NCBI GenBank assembly: GCA_963760795.1
Contig: CAVXEP010000030.1
Location: 1-64,000, forward strand
Length of the DNA stretch: 64,000 nt
Origin: an uncultured delta proteobacterium
Lineage (GTDB): Bacteria; Desulfobacterota; Binatia; UBA9968
Direction of reading: 5' to 3'
Within the stretch, counting starts at the first letter, position 1. The number at the start of each line of letters is the position of its first letter. Positions 1 through 7,947 of this stretch are shown one piece after another. The notes under the pieces are model-generated. The model was not told the DNA's origin and did no database searches. It worked only from the letters and a program-made list of their open reading frames with translations. The translations under genes were made by a program, and so were the position numbers.

Positions 1-512
1 TCTTGGATAATTAGAAATAGATCGGCGGTCCTGTAGCGCGCCCGCATCCTGACCAGCTTGACGAACGCCAAGGTCACCTCGCCGAGAAAGTGCAGCATCT
101 CTGACAAAGAGAGATAAAACCCCGTCGAGGTCGTACCGACCTGTGCCAAAAAAGATAGCCGATCCGCCACCGGTTTGGCGCCTTCTTGCTCTGGTACTAT
201 CTCAGCGAGTTCCAGCAGACGGCGGATCCCGTCCGGCAATCCTTCGCGCTCGGTGACAATGTCCTGCTGGCGGCAGAGCTCAGTCACTTTCATCAGGAAC
301 ATAAGGATGCTGCTGTCCCAAGATGAGAGAGCCTTTGTATCGAAGCTAACGCTGCGAATGCGGGAACTCTCGAGCGCTTTTTGCACCGGGCTGGCCGAGG
401 CAGCGCTTTTTTGCAGTCGCCAAGCGCCTGACAGTTGCACGACGAGCGTGGCATCGCCCTCAGTTTCGAGTGAAACCTTTGACGTATCGTCACCGTGAGT
501 CTGTACTTCCAT
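1..512 (-). CDS. mlaE: MlaE-family ABC permease with N-terminal STAS-like domain (5' part; runs off the window)
   Basis: Manual translation from ATG 512: MEVQTHGDD...LVVQLSGAWRL...VSFDTKALSSWDSSILMFL...GLPDGIRRLLELAE...FLAQVG...MLHFLGEVTLAFVKL...DLFLIIQ, typical of a STAS-MlaE N-terminus. Confidence 0.8.
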   Translation of the reverse strand, partial: MEVQTHGDDTSKVSLETEGDATLVVQLSGAWRLQKSAASASPVQKALESSRIRSVSFDTKALSSWDSSILMFLMKVTELCRQQDIVTEREGLPDGIRRLLELAEIVPEQEGAKPVADRLSFLAQVGTTSTGFYLSLSEMLHFLGEVTLAFVKLVRMRARYRTADLFLIIQ

Positions 513-929
513 CACCGGTAGTAACTTGAATAACGCAGGAGGCGAGTCTGACGGGTAACGATCGAGTTGGGCTGTCTTAGGTCAGTTGAAAATAGCAATA
601 ACCTAAGGATTGGAAACCATATCTAGAATGGGAATGACGTTACGCTGACCGGTCAGGACTTGCTGTTCAATATTGGACGCTGTCGATAAAAAATACCGCC
701 CGGTCCTCGGAGAGAAGTAGATATCCACGGGTACTACTCCCTTGGAGATCTCACAGGACCTCTCGGTACGTCCATTTGTCCTTGCGCCAATTCCCGAACT
801 TGAGACTTCGCCGCCTCACAAAATCTGAAAGTTTATCTCATCTTGTTGCCGCAGTCGGCGTATTCGCCGCATCACCTTTCAGATCCTTGGTCGGCATCTC
901 CGTTTGATATTGAGGATCGGCGGAAATCT

Positions 930-1280
930 TTAATACTCGCCGCGCTCTCTTCTCAGCCGCTCAAGCTCCCTTTGCTGACGATCTATTTCCAGTTGGTTTT
1001 GCCGGATGTTCTCATCTTGCGTGGAGTTCCGGTTTTCTTGGCCCTGCAACTGGTCACCAACTAACACTCCCGCACCCAGGCCCAAACCACCCCCGATCGC
1101 CGCGCCGGCGCCTGGATGGCCGACTGCCGCGCCAATGAGTCCGCCCGCAACCGCGCCACCGACAGCGCCGATGCCGGCGCCCTTCTCACGGGTCGTGAGT
1201 GATCCTCCAGCGCAACCGGCAACCATAAGCGTACCAGCCAGTAAAAGTATCGGCGATTTGTTCATTAATAATCCAACCAT
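930..1280 (-). CDS. Glycine-zipper lipoprotein
   Basis: Lipobox VAGC; GAGIGAVGGAVAGGLIG...GAAIGGGLGLGAG glycine zipper; coiled-coil tail; GAGGAG RBS. Confidence 0.85.
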   Translation of the reverse strand: MVGLLMNKSPILLLAGTLMVAGCAGGSLTTREKGAGIGAVGGAVAGGLIGAAVGHPGAGAAIGGGLGLGAGVLVGDQLQGQENRNSTQDENIRQNQLEIDRQQRELERLRRERGEY

Positions 1281-1395
1281 AATCGTGTCTCCTCGTTCGA
1301 CGATCAGTTCAAGCCCCCTTCGTTCCTTCCTTTGTCAAGCTCCGCACTGACTTTGGGAATGTCGAAGAACTCCAAGAGGGTTTTTCAGCCACCGG

Positions 1396-2076
1396 CTAGG
1401 AAATCTGCGCCAAGTAATCGGTGAGTTTCTTTTCTTTGATGATAAAAAAACGGTCTTTGTTGGTCTCGATCAACCCCAGGTTATGAAACCGCTGCATGAA
1501 CAAGCTGACCCTCGGCCGGGTTGTGCCGACCATCTCGGAGAGTTCTTCATGGGTGATCTTTAGCTCGATGCGAATGCTGTGCGGATCTTTCTTGCCCATG
1601 GTGCGGGCCAACTGTAATAGTGTCTTACCGAGCCGCTGCTCGCTATCCACCGTTACCAGATTGGCGATGACCTGCTGTTGGTCGGCAATGCGCACGGCCA
1701 GGTAACGTACGAATCCCTCAGACAACGCGTCGCGGCTTAAACGCGCGAAGAACTGAGCGCAGGGTATTTGCTTTAACTTGGTTTCCTTCATCGCCACCGC
1801 GGTTTCGTGACGCGCGCCTAAACCGGATAGACACAACTCGCCGAAAATATCTCCGTCGCCATGGATGGCCAAGAGACACTCTTTACCTTCGGGCGAGACC
1901 ACGAGCAATTTGATCTGACCGCTCTCAATGAAATAGACCGTCTCATCCTGGTCGCCGCAGGTGTAAACATTCGCGTGCCGCGGGATCTTCACAGCGCGAG
2001 AGTTCATCGTCTCGCGCCGTAACGAATCGCGGATTTGCGCTTTGAACCTTTCCGCTTCGGGAGTCTGTTGAATCAT
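1396..2076 (-). CDS. Crp/Fnr-family transcriptional regulator (copy A, intact)
   Basis: cNMP-binding fold (VYFIESGQIKL, GDIFGELCL) plus HTH ITHEELSEMVGTTRPRVS. Confidence 0.93.
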   Translation of the reverse strand: MIQQTPEAERFKAQIRDSLRRETMNSRAVKIPRHANVYTCGDQDETVYFIESGQIKLLVVSPEGKECLLAIHGDGDIFGELCLSGLGARHETAVAMKETKLKQIPCAQFFARLSRDALSEGFVRYLAVRIADQQQVIANLVTVDSEQRLGKTLLQLARTMGKKDPHSIRIELKITHEELSEMVGTTRPRVSLFMQRFHNLGLIETNKDRFFIIKEKKLTDYLAQIS

Positions 2077-2171
2077 TGGCGGGGAGTCTCACTAATTACG
2101 CCGCAACCCACACTCGTCACCAAGGCCAAGCCCAGAGCGAACGCCAGTACCGCACGGTTGCTTTGAGTCAT
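2073..2171 (-). pseudogene. Internally deleted lipoprotein, now a 32-aa ORF MTQSNRAVLAFALGLALVTSVGCGVISETPRQ
   Basis: Signal peptide and lipobox identical to 4782-5177; stop overlaps the Crp start (ATGA). Confidence 0.8.
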
Positions 2172-2179
2172 AATCGCTC

Positions 2180-2410
2180 CTAGTAAATGATCGAGCCTTT
2201 TTCTAGCTGTGACTTGCGGGCCAGGTATTCGCTGCGTGAGATTCTCTCGGCTTTGTAATCAGACTCCAGCTGGTCCATCTTGCTACTGGCGTTGATCTCG
2301 TAACCCGCGCTTGTCCCGATGGCTCCCAGCGCCGCCCCGCCCAGTAACATACAGCCGCTTTGGCTGACACCGATCACAAGTACTCCTAACAACAACAATA
2401 ACTTTTTCAT
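2180..2410 (-). CDS. Small lipoprotein, 76 aa (copy A)
   Basis: MKKLLLLLGVLVIGVSQSGC lipobox; GGAGG RBS supports start at 2410 rather than 2464. Confidence 0.85.
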   Translation of the reverse strand: MKKLLLLLGVLVIGVSQSGCMLLGGAALGAIGTSAGYEINASSKMDQLESDYKAERISRSEYLARKSQLEKGSIIY

Positions 2411-2550
2411 CTCAACCTCCTCGGTTGTACTGATTAGCAGAGTCGAGTCAGGCTTACCGGACAAATTTCAAGTAACCACTGGAGTGAAACCCTGCGCCCT
2501 AAATTGGCTTAACTTGGGCGACTCCGCGGGCAGGTCAACGGCCGCGGCCG

Positions 2551-2631
2551 CTACCGGCGCCAACGAGAAAATCCCCAGCCTCCACCACCGACCAAAAACA
2601 CCACTAAGAGAACGATTAACAGCGTATCCAT
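2551..2631 (-). CDS. 26-aa single-pass membrane protein MDTLLIVLLVVFLVGGGGWGFSRWRR
   Basis: Below the ORF-track cutoff; AAGGAG RBS; first gene after a sigma54 motif; hydrophobic helix with GGGGWG and a basic tail. Confidence 0.75.
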   Translation of the reverse strand: MDTLLIVLLVVFLVGGGGWGFSRWRR

Positions 2632-2675
2632 AAGTTTCTCCTTTATTTGCTTTGTCTATTAATAACTCTGTAAGA

Positions 2676-2690
2676 GCACTATCTGTGCCG
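2676..2690 (-). promoter_or_regulatory. Sigma54 (-24/-12) promoter
   Basis: Minus strand CGGCACAGATAGTGC = GG-N10-GC. Confidence 0.7.
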
Positions 2691-2773
2691 AACCGTTCGA
2701 TGATGGAAAGACTGTGTTTCCGCTAGCTTCTGGAGGCTGTCAGAGGGAGACCAAGTATCGGCTCGTTTAAATC

Positions 2774-2799
2774 GTCGAAACTCTCGACCAAAGGGTCGA
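2774..2799. promoter_or_regulatory. Putative activator-binding site: GTCGA-N5-TCGAC overlapping TCGACC-N4-GGTCGA
   Basis: Palindromic; also present at 5839-5864 at the same distance from the sigma54 motif. Confidence 0.6.
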
Positions 2800-3062
2800 A
2801 GCAGATTTCGGCAGGACGGAACCGACTAGTTTATCGCACCGGTAAGCTTACTCGGCAACTGAGGCACTACCAGCAGCGATCGAGTCAAACATCGAGGCAA
2901 CCGTTCTTCGTGGTTGGTTAATAGTGCGAATGAAATTCCAGCGTTCGCTTGAGCTGCGTCCCAGGGAACCGTCGCCTATGAGCGCTAGACTTCTGTCGAT
3001 CGTTTTGGTCGTTGACAAGCTCCCGATTACAACCATTGCTTTTGCTCCGATGATGCGCGGAC

Positions 3063-3680
3063 TTACCACAGCTTCGTCGTATCGAGCACATAAGCCTGGC
3101 CTGAACCTTGAACGACGGCATCGTGTAAATGCTTCGTCCCGCCTGGTCCGTCACCCGCTTGGCGATCCCACAGGCAGATAAATCTCACTTTCCCGGTTCC
3201 ATAGGCGCGCGCTTGATCGAGCATCCACAGGTTGACCGCGGCAAAGGGATCTTCGCCGGGGGGCGTAGGTCCCCGCTCTTGCGGCATTATATGCCAACCC
3301 CGGACGCGCTCTTTGACCCAAAAAAACTTCTCCCGCCAATGTTCGCCGGCAAAATTGACGGACTCTTTGAGGAACTCTTCTTCCACAAATGGCAAGTAGA
3401 TCTCGACGCGCAATCCGCGTTGCCAACAAGCTTCGGCAAAGAGTAGATCGCCGCCGCAAGCGCCGCTAGAAATCGCCACATCATCGGCGCCTGCGCCTAA
3501 TTCATCGAGCAGTTTCTCGATCGCGGCAGTCGCAAGCGGTTCTTTGTCCGGCGGAAAGCGCGCTGGCGAGCGATCGGCGGCGTCAATCATATGGCCACTG
3601 AAAAGAAACACTTGACGGGGTGCGCTGATTATCTCTTGGTCAGTGGCAACAGTTAGGATTTGTTCTGCAAGCTGGTTCAT
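3063..3680 (-). CDS. Conserved hypothetical protein, SLOG-like nucleotide-binding domain
   Basis: LFSGHMID...SSGACGGDLLFAE...LPF...CLWD...GDGPGGTKH motifs. Confidence 0.6.
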   Translation of the reverse strand: MNQLAEQILTVATDQEIISAPRQVFLFSGHMIDAADRSPARFPPDKEPLATAAIEKLLDELGAGADDVAISSGACGGDLLFAEACWQRGLRVEIYLPFVEEEFLKESVNFAGEHWREKFFWVKERVRGWHIMPQERGPTPPGEDPFAAVNLWMLDQARAYGTGKVRFICLWDRQAGDGPGGTKHLHDAVVQGSGQAYVLDTTKLW

Positions 3681-3750
3681 TTGCTTAATCTCCTCGCCAT
3701 AATCGGCGTATAGCTAAGACAGCGTCTCGCCGTTAACGAAGCGCCGTGAT

Positions 3751-4173
3751 CTAAACCGGGTCGAGTTCCGGCGCGCCAGTATCCAATTCCCCGCGACCCA
3801 GAGCTTCGCGCGCTGCGCGTGCGAGCTGTTCATAACGCTCGCGAAATCGCTCGAGCTCTGATTCTTCAAGCTCTTCGAGGTCGAGCAACGCGTTGTGCGC
3901 GCCGCCCACCGCGCGAATCAGTTCGTCGAGCTTGAGTTGGACGGCGTGACTATCGCGATTCTGGGTATTCTGAATCAGAAATACCATCAGGAATGTGACG
4001 ATGGTCGTGCCGGTGTTGATGACCAGTTGCCAGGTATCGCTGAACTTGAAGATCGGGCCTGTGACGCCCCAGACTAGGATAGTCAAAGCGGCGATTATAA
4101 ATGCCGCCGGATGGCCCGTGGCTCGCGCCGTCCACTTCGCGAAGCGGGAAAAAGGCGACGAAGAATAAATCAC
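3751..4173 (-). CDS. Low-affinity iron permease (Fet4-like) family protein
   Basis: WQLVINTGTTIVTFLMVFLIQNTQNRD...QLKLDELIRA signature. Confidence 0.92.
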   Translation of the reverse strand: MIYSSSPFSRFAKWTARATGHPAAFIIAALTILVWGVTGPIFKFSDTWQLVINTGTTIVTFLMVFLIQNTQNRDSHAVQLKLDELIRAVGGAHNALLDLEELEESELERFRERYEQLARAAREALGRGELDTGAPELDPV

Positions 4174-4291
4174 ACTGCATCTGCTTTCGGGCTTCAGGTC
4201 CGCTGTTCATTGCCCAGCGACAGAGAGTGGATTTAACAACTGTCCTCTCCGCCCTCTGCCACTGTCATTTGCAAGTCAGGGACTGCTTGGA

Positions 4292-4504
4292 CTATAGCTT
4301 GCCGGCAATCGCTTTGGCCGTCGTCACTATGGCTTCAGCGGTTTTCCGGCGCGCCTTGCCGGTTTTCTCCTGAACCTTTCCCGCGATCCGTTCAGCCTCG
4401 CCTTTGCCTTCGAGTTTGCGGTCCTTGATCAATTCCCCAGCTTTGTCTTTGATCGCGCCAGAAATTTGTTTGCCCTTACCTTTGATCTCATCCTTGTTCC
4501 ACAT
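4292..4504 (-). CDS. csbD: CsbD-family general stress protein
   Basis: MWNKDEIKGKGKQISGAIKDKAGEL...EGEAERIAGKVQEK. Confidence 0.88.
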   Translation of the reverse strand: MWNKDEIKGKGKQISGAIKDKAGELIKDRKLEGKGEAERIAGKVQEKTGKARRKTAEAIVTTAKAIAGKL

Positions 4505-4574
4505 ACCGGTCTCCTTTCAGTCTTCGGATCCTTGCGCAAGGATCGGCCTGTTAGTGTCGCCGATAACTTTCGAA

Positions 4575-4766
4575 TCATCGGCGACGTTGAAGTACGTTGC
4601 TGTCCAATACGGGACGACGTAAATAGACCGTTTCGTCCTGGTCGCCGCAGGTGTAAACATCCGAGTGCCGCGGGATCGTCATAGCGCGAGAGTTCATGGT
4701 CTCGCGCCGTAACGAATCGCGGATTTGCTCTTTGAACCTTTCCGCTTCGGGAGTCTGTTGAATCAT
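4575..4766 (-). pseudogene. Truncated Crp/Fnr regulator (copy B; about the first 48 codons)
   Basis: Matches 1396-2076 up to DETVY, then unrelated sequence. Confidence 0.9.
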
Positions 4767-4781
4767 TGGCGGCGTTTATCA

Positions 4782-5177
4782 CTAGTTGCGGCTCTGAGCC
4801 CAATCTCGGTTGCTCTTTTGCAGGTCGATCGCATGGGTGTGGGGATTACCACGAGCGTCCATCTCCATTTGCATGGCTACGACGTCGCCGGACTGCAGTT
4901 GACTGACCGGATAGACCCGCCCCTGATACATCACCCGGGTCTCTGTACTATATGTAACCATTGCGGCATGACCCGGACTGGCTCGGAGATGAATCTCGCT
5001 TGCTCCGGTATCGATCCGCTCCACCGTCCGCACGATATCGCTCGGGACCGTTTTACTGGCCCTGGCGGGAAGCGTATCTCTGCCCACCAGGGAGACATTA
5101 TGGTCGCTGCAACCCACGCTCGTCACCAGGGCCAAGCCCAGAGCGAACGCCAGTACCGCACGGTTGCTTTGAGTCAT
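4782..5177 (-). CDS. Lipoprotein with a small beta-rich domain
   Basis: Lipobox SVGC; VERIDT...V.Y...TRVMYQG..YPVSQLQSGDVV. Confidence 0.8.
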   Translation of the reverse strand: MTQSNRAVLAFALGLALVTSVGCSDHNVSLVGRDTLPARASKTVPSDIVRTVERIDTGASEIHLRASPGHAAMVTYSTETRVMYQGRVYPVSQLQSGDVVAMQMEMDARGNPHTHAIDLQKSNRDWAQSRN

Positions 5178-5185
5178 AATCGCTC

Positions 5186-5416
5186 CTAGTAAATGATCGA
5201 GCCTTTTTCTAGCTGTGACTTGCGGGCCAGGTATTCGCTGCGTGAGATTCTCTCGGCTTTGTAATCAGACTCCAGCTGGTCCATCTTGCTACTGGCGTTG
5301 ATCTCGTAACCCGCGCTTGTCCCGATGGCTCCCAGCGCCGCCCCGCCCAGTAACATACAGCCGCTTTGGCTGACACCGATCAAAAGCACTCCTAACAACA
5401 ACAATAACTTTTTCAT
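5186..5416 (-). CDS. Small lipoprotein, 76 aa (copy B)
   Basis: Identical to 2180-2410 except one V/L change. Confidence 0.85.
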   Translation of the reverse strand: MKKLLLLLGVLLIGVSQSGCMLLGGAALGAIGTSAGYEINASSKMDQLESDYKAERISRSEYLARKSQLEKGSIIY

Positions 5417-5544
5417 CTCAACCTCCTCGGTTGTACTGATTAGCAGAGTCGAGTCAGGCTTACCGGACAAATTTCAAGTAACCACTGGAGTGAAACCCTG
5501 CGCCCTAAATTGGCTTACTTTGTGAATAGGGTTACGACCCCTTT

Positions 5545-5694
5545 TTAGAGCCGACCGGTCAATAGCATAACAACCACGACCAGCAGCACTACGCCGGCGA
5601 AACCCGACGGCGCGAAACCAAATGAGTGATAACCCCAGTTAGGCAAACCTCCGACGAGCAACAGAATTAATACGATTAACAACAGCAGGCTCAT
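5545..5694 (-). CDS. DUF3309-like 49-aa membrane protein
   Basis: Manual translation MSLLLLIVLILLLVGGLPNWGYHSFGFAPSGFAGVVLLVVVVMLLTGRL; the LPxWGY...PSG...LLTGRL pattern fits DUF3309. Confidence 0.85.
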   Translation of the reverse strand: MSLLLLIVLILLLVGGLPNWGYHSFGFAPSGFAGVVLLVVVVMLLTGRL

Positions 5695-5739
5695 GGTCAG
5701 GTACCTTCTTTCTATTTTCTTTCCTCAATGACGATGAGA

Positions 5740-5754
5740 GCAGCTTACGTGCCA
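5740..5754 (-). promoter_or_regulatory. Sigma54 (-24/-12) promoter
   Basis: Minus strand TGGCACGTAAGCTGC = TGGCAC-N5-CTGC-like, GG-N10-GC. Confidence 0.75.
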
Positions 5755-5838
5755 GTGCTGGCGGTTAGGAAGACGGCGAATTTCGCTAGAGATTATTCAT
5801 AACGGCGGAGGGAAATGGCGGGACGGTTCGGCGAATCA

Positions 5839-5864
5839 GTCGATACCCTCGACCAAACGGTCGA
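5839..5864. promoter_or_regulatory. Putative activator-binding site (second copy)
   Basis: GTCGATACCCTCGACCAAACGGTCGA. Confidence 0.6.
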
Positions 5865-5995
5865 CCGACTAAGTAAATCGTGGCTTTAGGGAGATCGAGT
5901 GCGCCTGACATCACCTCCCGTCAGGTGATGTTTTGACCGGCGCTGCATCCGACAGAAAAGAACTATCGCGAGGCTCGCTGAGATGTCCGGCAGCT

Positions 5996-6679
5996 CTAGG
6001 CGATCTGCGCCAGGTAATCGGTGAGTTTGTTTTCTTTGATGATGAAAAAGTGATCTTTGTTGGTCTCGATCAAACCCAGGTTGTGAAACCGTTGCATGAA
6101 CAGACTGATTCGCGGCCGCGTCGTGCCGACCATCTCGGAGAGTTCTTCATGGGTAATTTTCAACTCGATGCGGATGCTACGCGGATCTTTCTTACCCATG
6201 GTGCGGGCCAATTGTAACAACGTCTGACCCAGCCGCTGTTCGCTGTCCACGGTCACGAGATTGGCGATGATTTGCTGCTGGTCGGCGATCCGCACCGCGA
6301 GGTAGCGTACGAAACCTTCAAACAGCGAGTCGCGGTGGAGTCGGCCGAAGAACTGCGCGCATGGAATTTGTTTTAACGTCGTCGCTTTCATCGCTGTCGC
6401 GGTTTCCAAGCGCGCGCCTAACCCGGAGAGACAAAGTTCGCCGAAGATATCGCCGCCGCTATGGATCGCCAACAGACACTCTTTGCCTTCGCTGGAGAGC
6501 ATCAGCAGTTTGACTTGGCCGCTCTCGACGAAGTACACCGTCTCGTCCCGGTCGCCGCAGGTGTAAACGTTGGTGTGTCGCGCGACCTTAACGCCGCGAG
6601 TGTTCGCCGTCTCGCGCTGCAGTGACTCGCGCAGTTGTAGCTTGAACAGGTCGGCTTGGGGAGTTTTTTGAATCGCCAT
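5996..6679 (-). CDS. Crp/Fnr-family transcriptional regulator (older paralog)
   Basis: Highly similar to 1396-2076; HTH VGTTRPRIS. Confidence 0.93.
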   Translation of the reverse strand: MAIQKTPQADLFKLQLRESLQRETANTRGVKVARHTNVYTCGDRDETVYFVESGQVKLLMLSSEGKECLLAIHSGGDIFGELCLSGLGARLETATAMKATTLKQIPCAQFFGRLHRDSLFEGFVRYLAVRIADQQQIIANLVTVDSEQRLGQTLLQLARTMGKKDPRSIRIELKITHEELSEMVGTTRPRISLFMQRFHNLGLIETNKDHFFIIKENKLTDYLAQIA

Positions 6680-6954
6680 CTTGTATCCTTAAAAAGCCCA
6701 CGACGCCTAAAATCACCGTCGACTGGACCGGGGGCTTGGTCCGTCATTCATGCTTGGGAGCGCGAGGCACTTGAACTCCCAAGGTTCGCCATCCTACCTC
6801 CTGGTTCGGGTTAAATCCAGGTGGGATGATTTCCAATGCGACGATCGCCAGAGCGCTCCTCAATGCCGGACGATCCCCACGAATAGGATAACGCCCAGCC
6901 AAATCATGCCGGTCCGGAACGGAGGTTATCTCCATCTCCGAACCGGCATCGCAG

Positions 6955-7275
6955 TTAGTTGACCGGACTAGCGGCAATCTGGTGCGAGGTCGAGTTACCA
7001 ATCTCGAAGGACTCCACTCGGGGAGAGCCTTCAATCACGCTTGATAGTGCCTTTAAAATCTCCGGATGGGTCTTCGTGATATGGGCCTCCGCGTCCTCTT
7101 TTTTATCCCATAGACTGATCGTGAGCGCTTCATTGCGTTCCGGCGCGATGAAACTGATGGCGTCGTCGAAGCCTTTTTGTCTCCTCAGCAGAGGAATGAC
7201 TTCTCCCTCGACAATGCGGGTAAACTCGGCTGCACTCTTGGCCTTGAGTTTATAACTGACGTTTCGACTGAACAT
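6955..7275 (-). CDS. Antibiotic biosynthesis monooxygenase (ABM)-like small protein
   Basis: IPLLRRQKGF...ISLWDKKEDAEA...PRVESFE; GGAGG RBS. Confidence 0.75.
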   Translation of the reverse strand: MFSRNVSYKLKAKSAAEFTRIVEGEVIPLLRRQKGFDDAISFIAPERNEALTISLWDKKEDAEAHITKTHPEILKALSSVIEGSPRVESFEIGNSTSHQIAASPVN

Positions 7276-7515
7276 GGCAACCTCCTTGGTTGGACCGGTT
7301 AGAAGGGAAACTGGAGGAGACTTACTTGAAGAATTTCAGGCAAGCTAAGTCCTCCGAAGAGCTCAGCGCTAATTTATTAACATATCTGAAGGGTTGCCGG
7401 ATTACTGTCCAATATTAGACGTTTGGCAAAAATTTCTCGCGAACCTAGCGAACGCGAAATTCCTGAGGTACGCTTCCTGGAGAAGACTGAATACGCAGGC
7501 GGAGGTTGAGATTCT

Positions 7516-7947
7516 ATGGCAGCGCAAGATTGGGACTTCATCGTGTGGCGGCGAGCCAACGATCTGCTCGAGCAGGCGGAGCGAATTCATCGGAATTTTA
7601 TCCAAGTCGAAGCCGGGGCTCGCTATCGGGTTTCTCACGGGCGCACACCAAGTTGGCAGCCGCCAGTTAACGTCGTCGAGACCACAGAAAGCCTGTGGGT
7701 CATTTCGGCCCTCGCCGGAGTTGCCGTCGACCGGGTCGACGTAAGGCTGGAGGGGCGTGATTTGATCATCGCCGGCGAACGACCGCTGCCAGAGTGCTGT
7801 CACGACGGAGAATTAAAGCTATGGGAAATTCCCCTCGGCCGTTTTGAGCGTCGGCTTCGTTTGATGGGAGGGGAGTTGCCGCTATCTGTCGGGAAGATAT
7901 CGTTCCAGGATGGCTTGCTCACCATCCAGATAAGGAAGCAATCATGA
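7516..7947 (+). CDS. Hsp20/alpha-crystallin protein
   Basis: WQPPVNVVET...ALAGV...IAGER...EIPLGRFERRL...DGLLTI; overlaps the lon start. Confidence 0.88.
   Translation: MAAQDWDFIVWRRANDLLEQAERIHRNFIQVEAGARYRVSHGRTPSWQPPVNVVETTESLWVISALAGVAVDRVDVRLEGRDLIIAGERPLPECCHDGELKLWEIPLGRFERRLRLMGGELPLSVGKISFQDGLLTIQIRKQS

Larger units (their letters stand above)
1931..2511. repeat. Duplicated segment, copy A (partner 4621-5517)
   Basis: 1931-2080 matches 4621-4770 (offset 2690) and 2103-2511 matches 5109-5517 (offset 3006), near-identical by eye; copy A lacks about 316 nt. Confidence 0.95.
4621..5517. repeat. Duplicated segment, copy B (partner 1931-2511)
   Basis: Same alignment as copy A. Confidence 0.95.

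Noticed and set aside
6744-6950. Possible small gene between the ABM-like and Crp genes
   Set aside because: Several short frames with no recognisable family; cannot be supported
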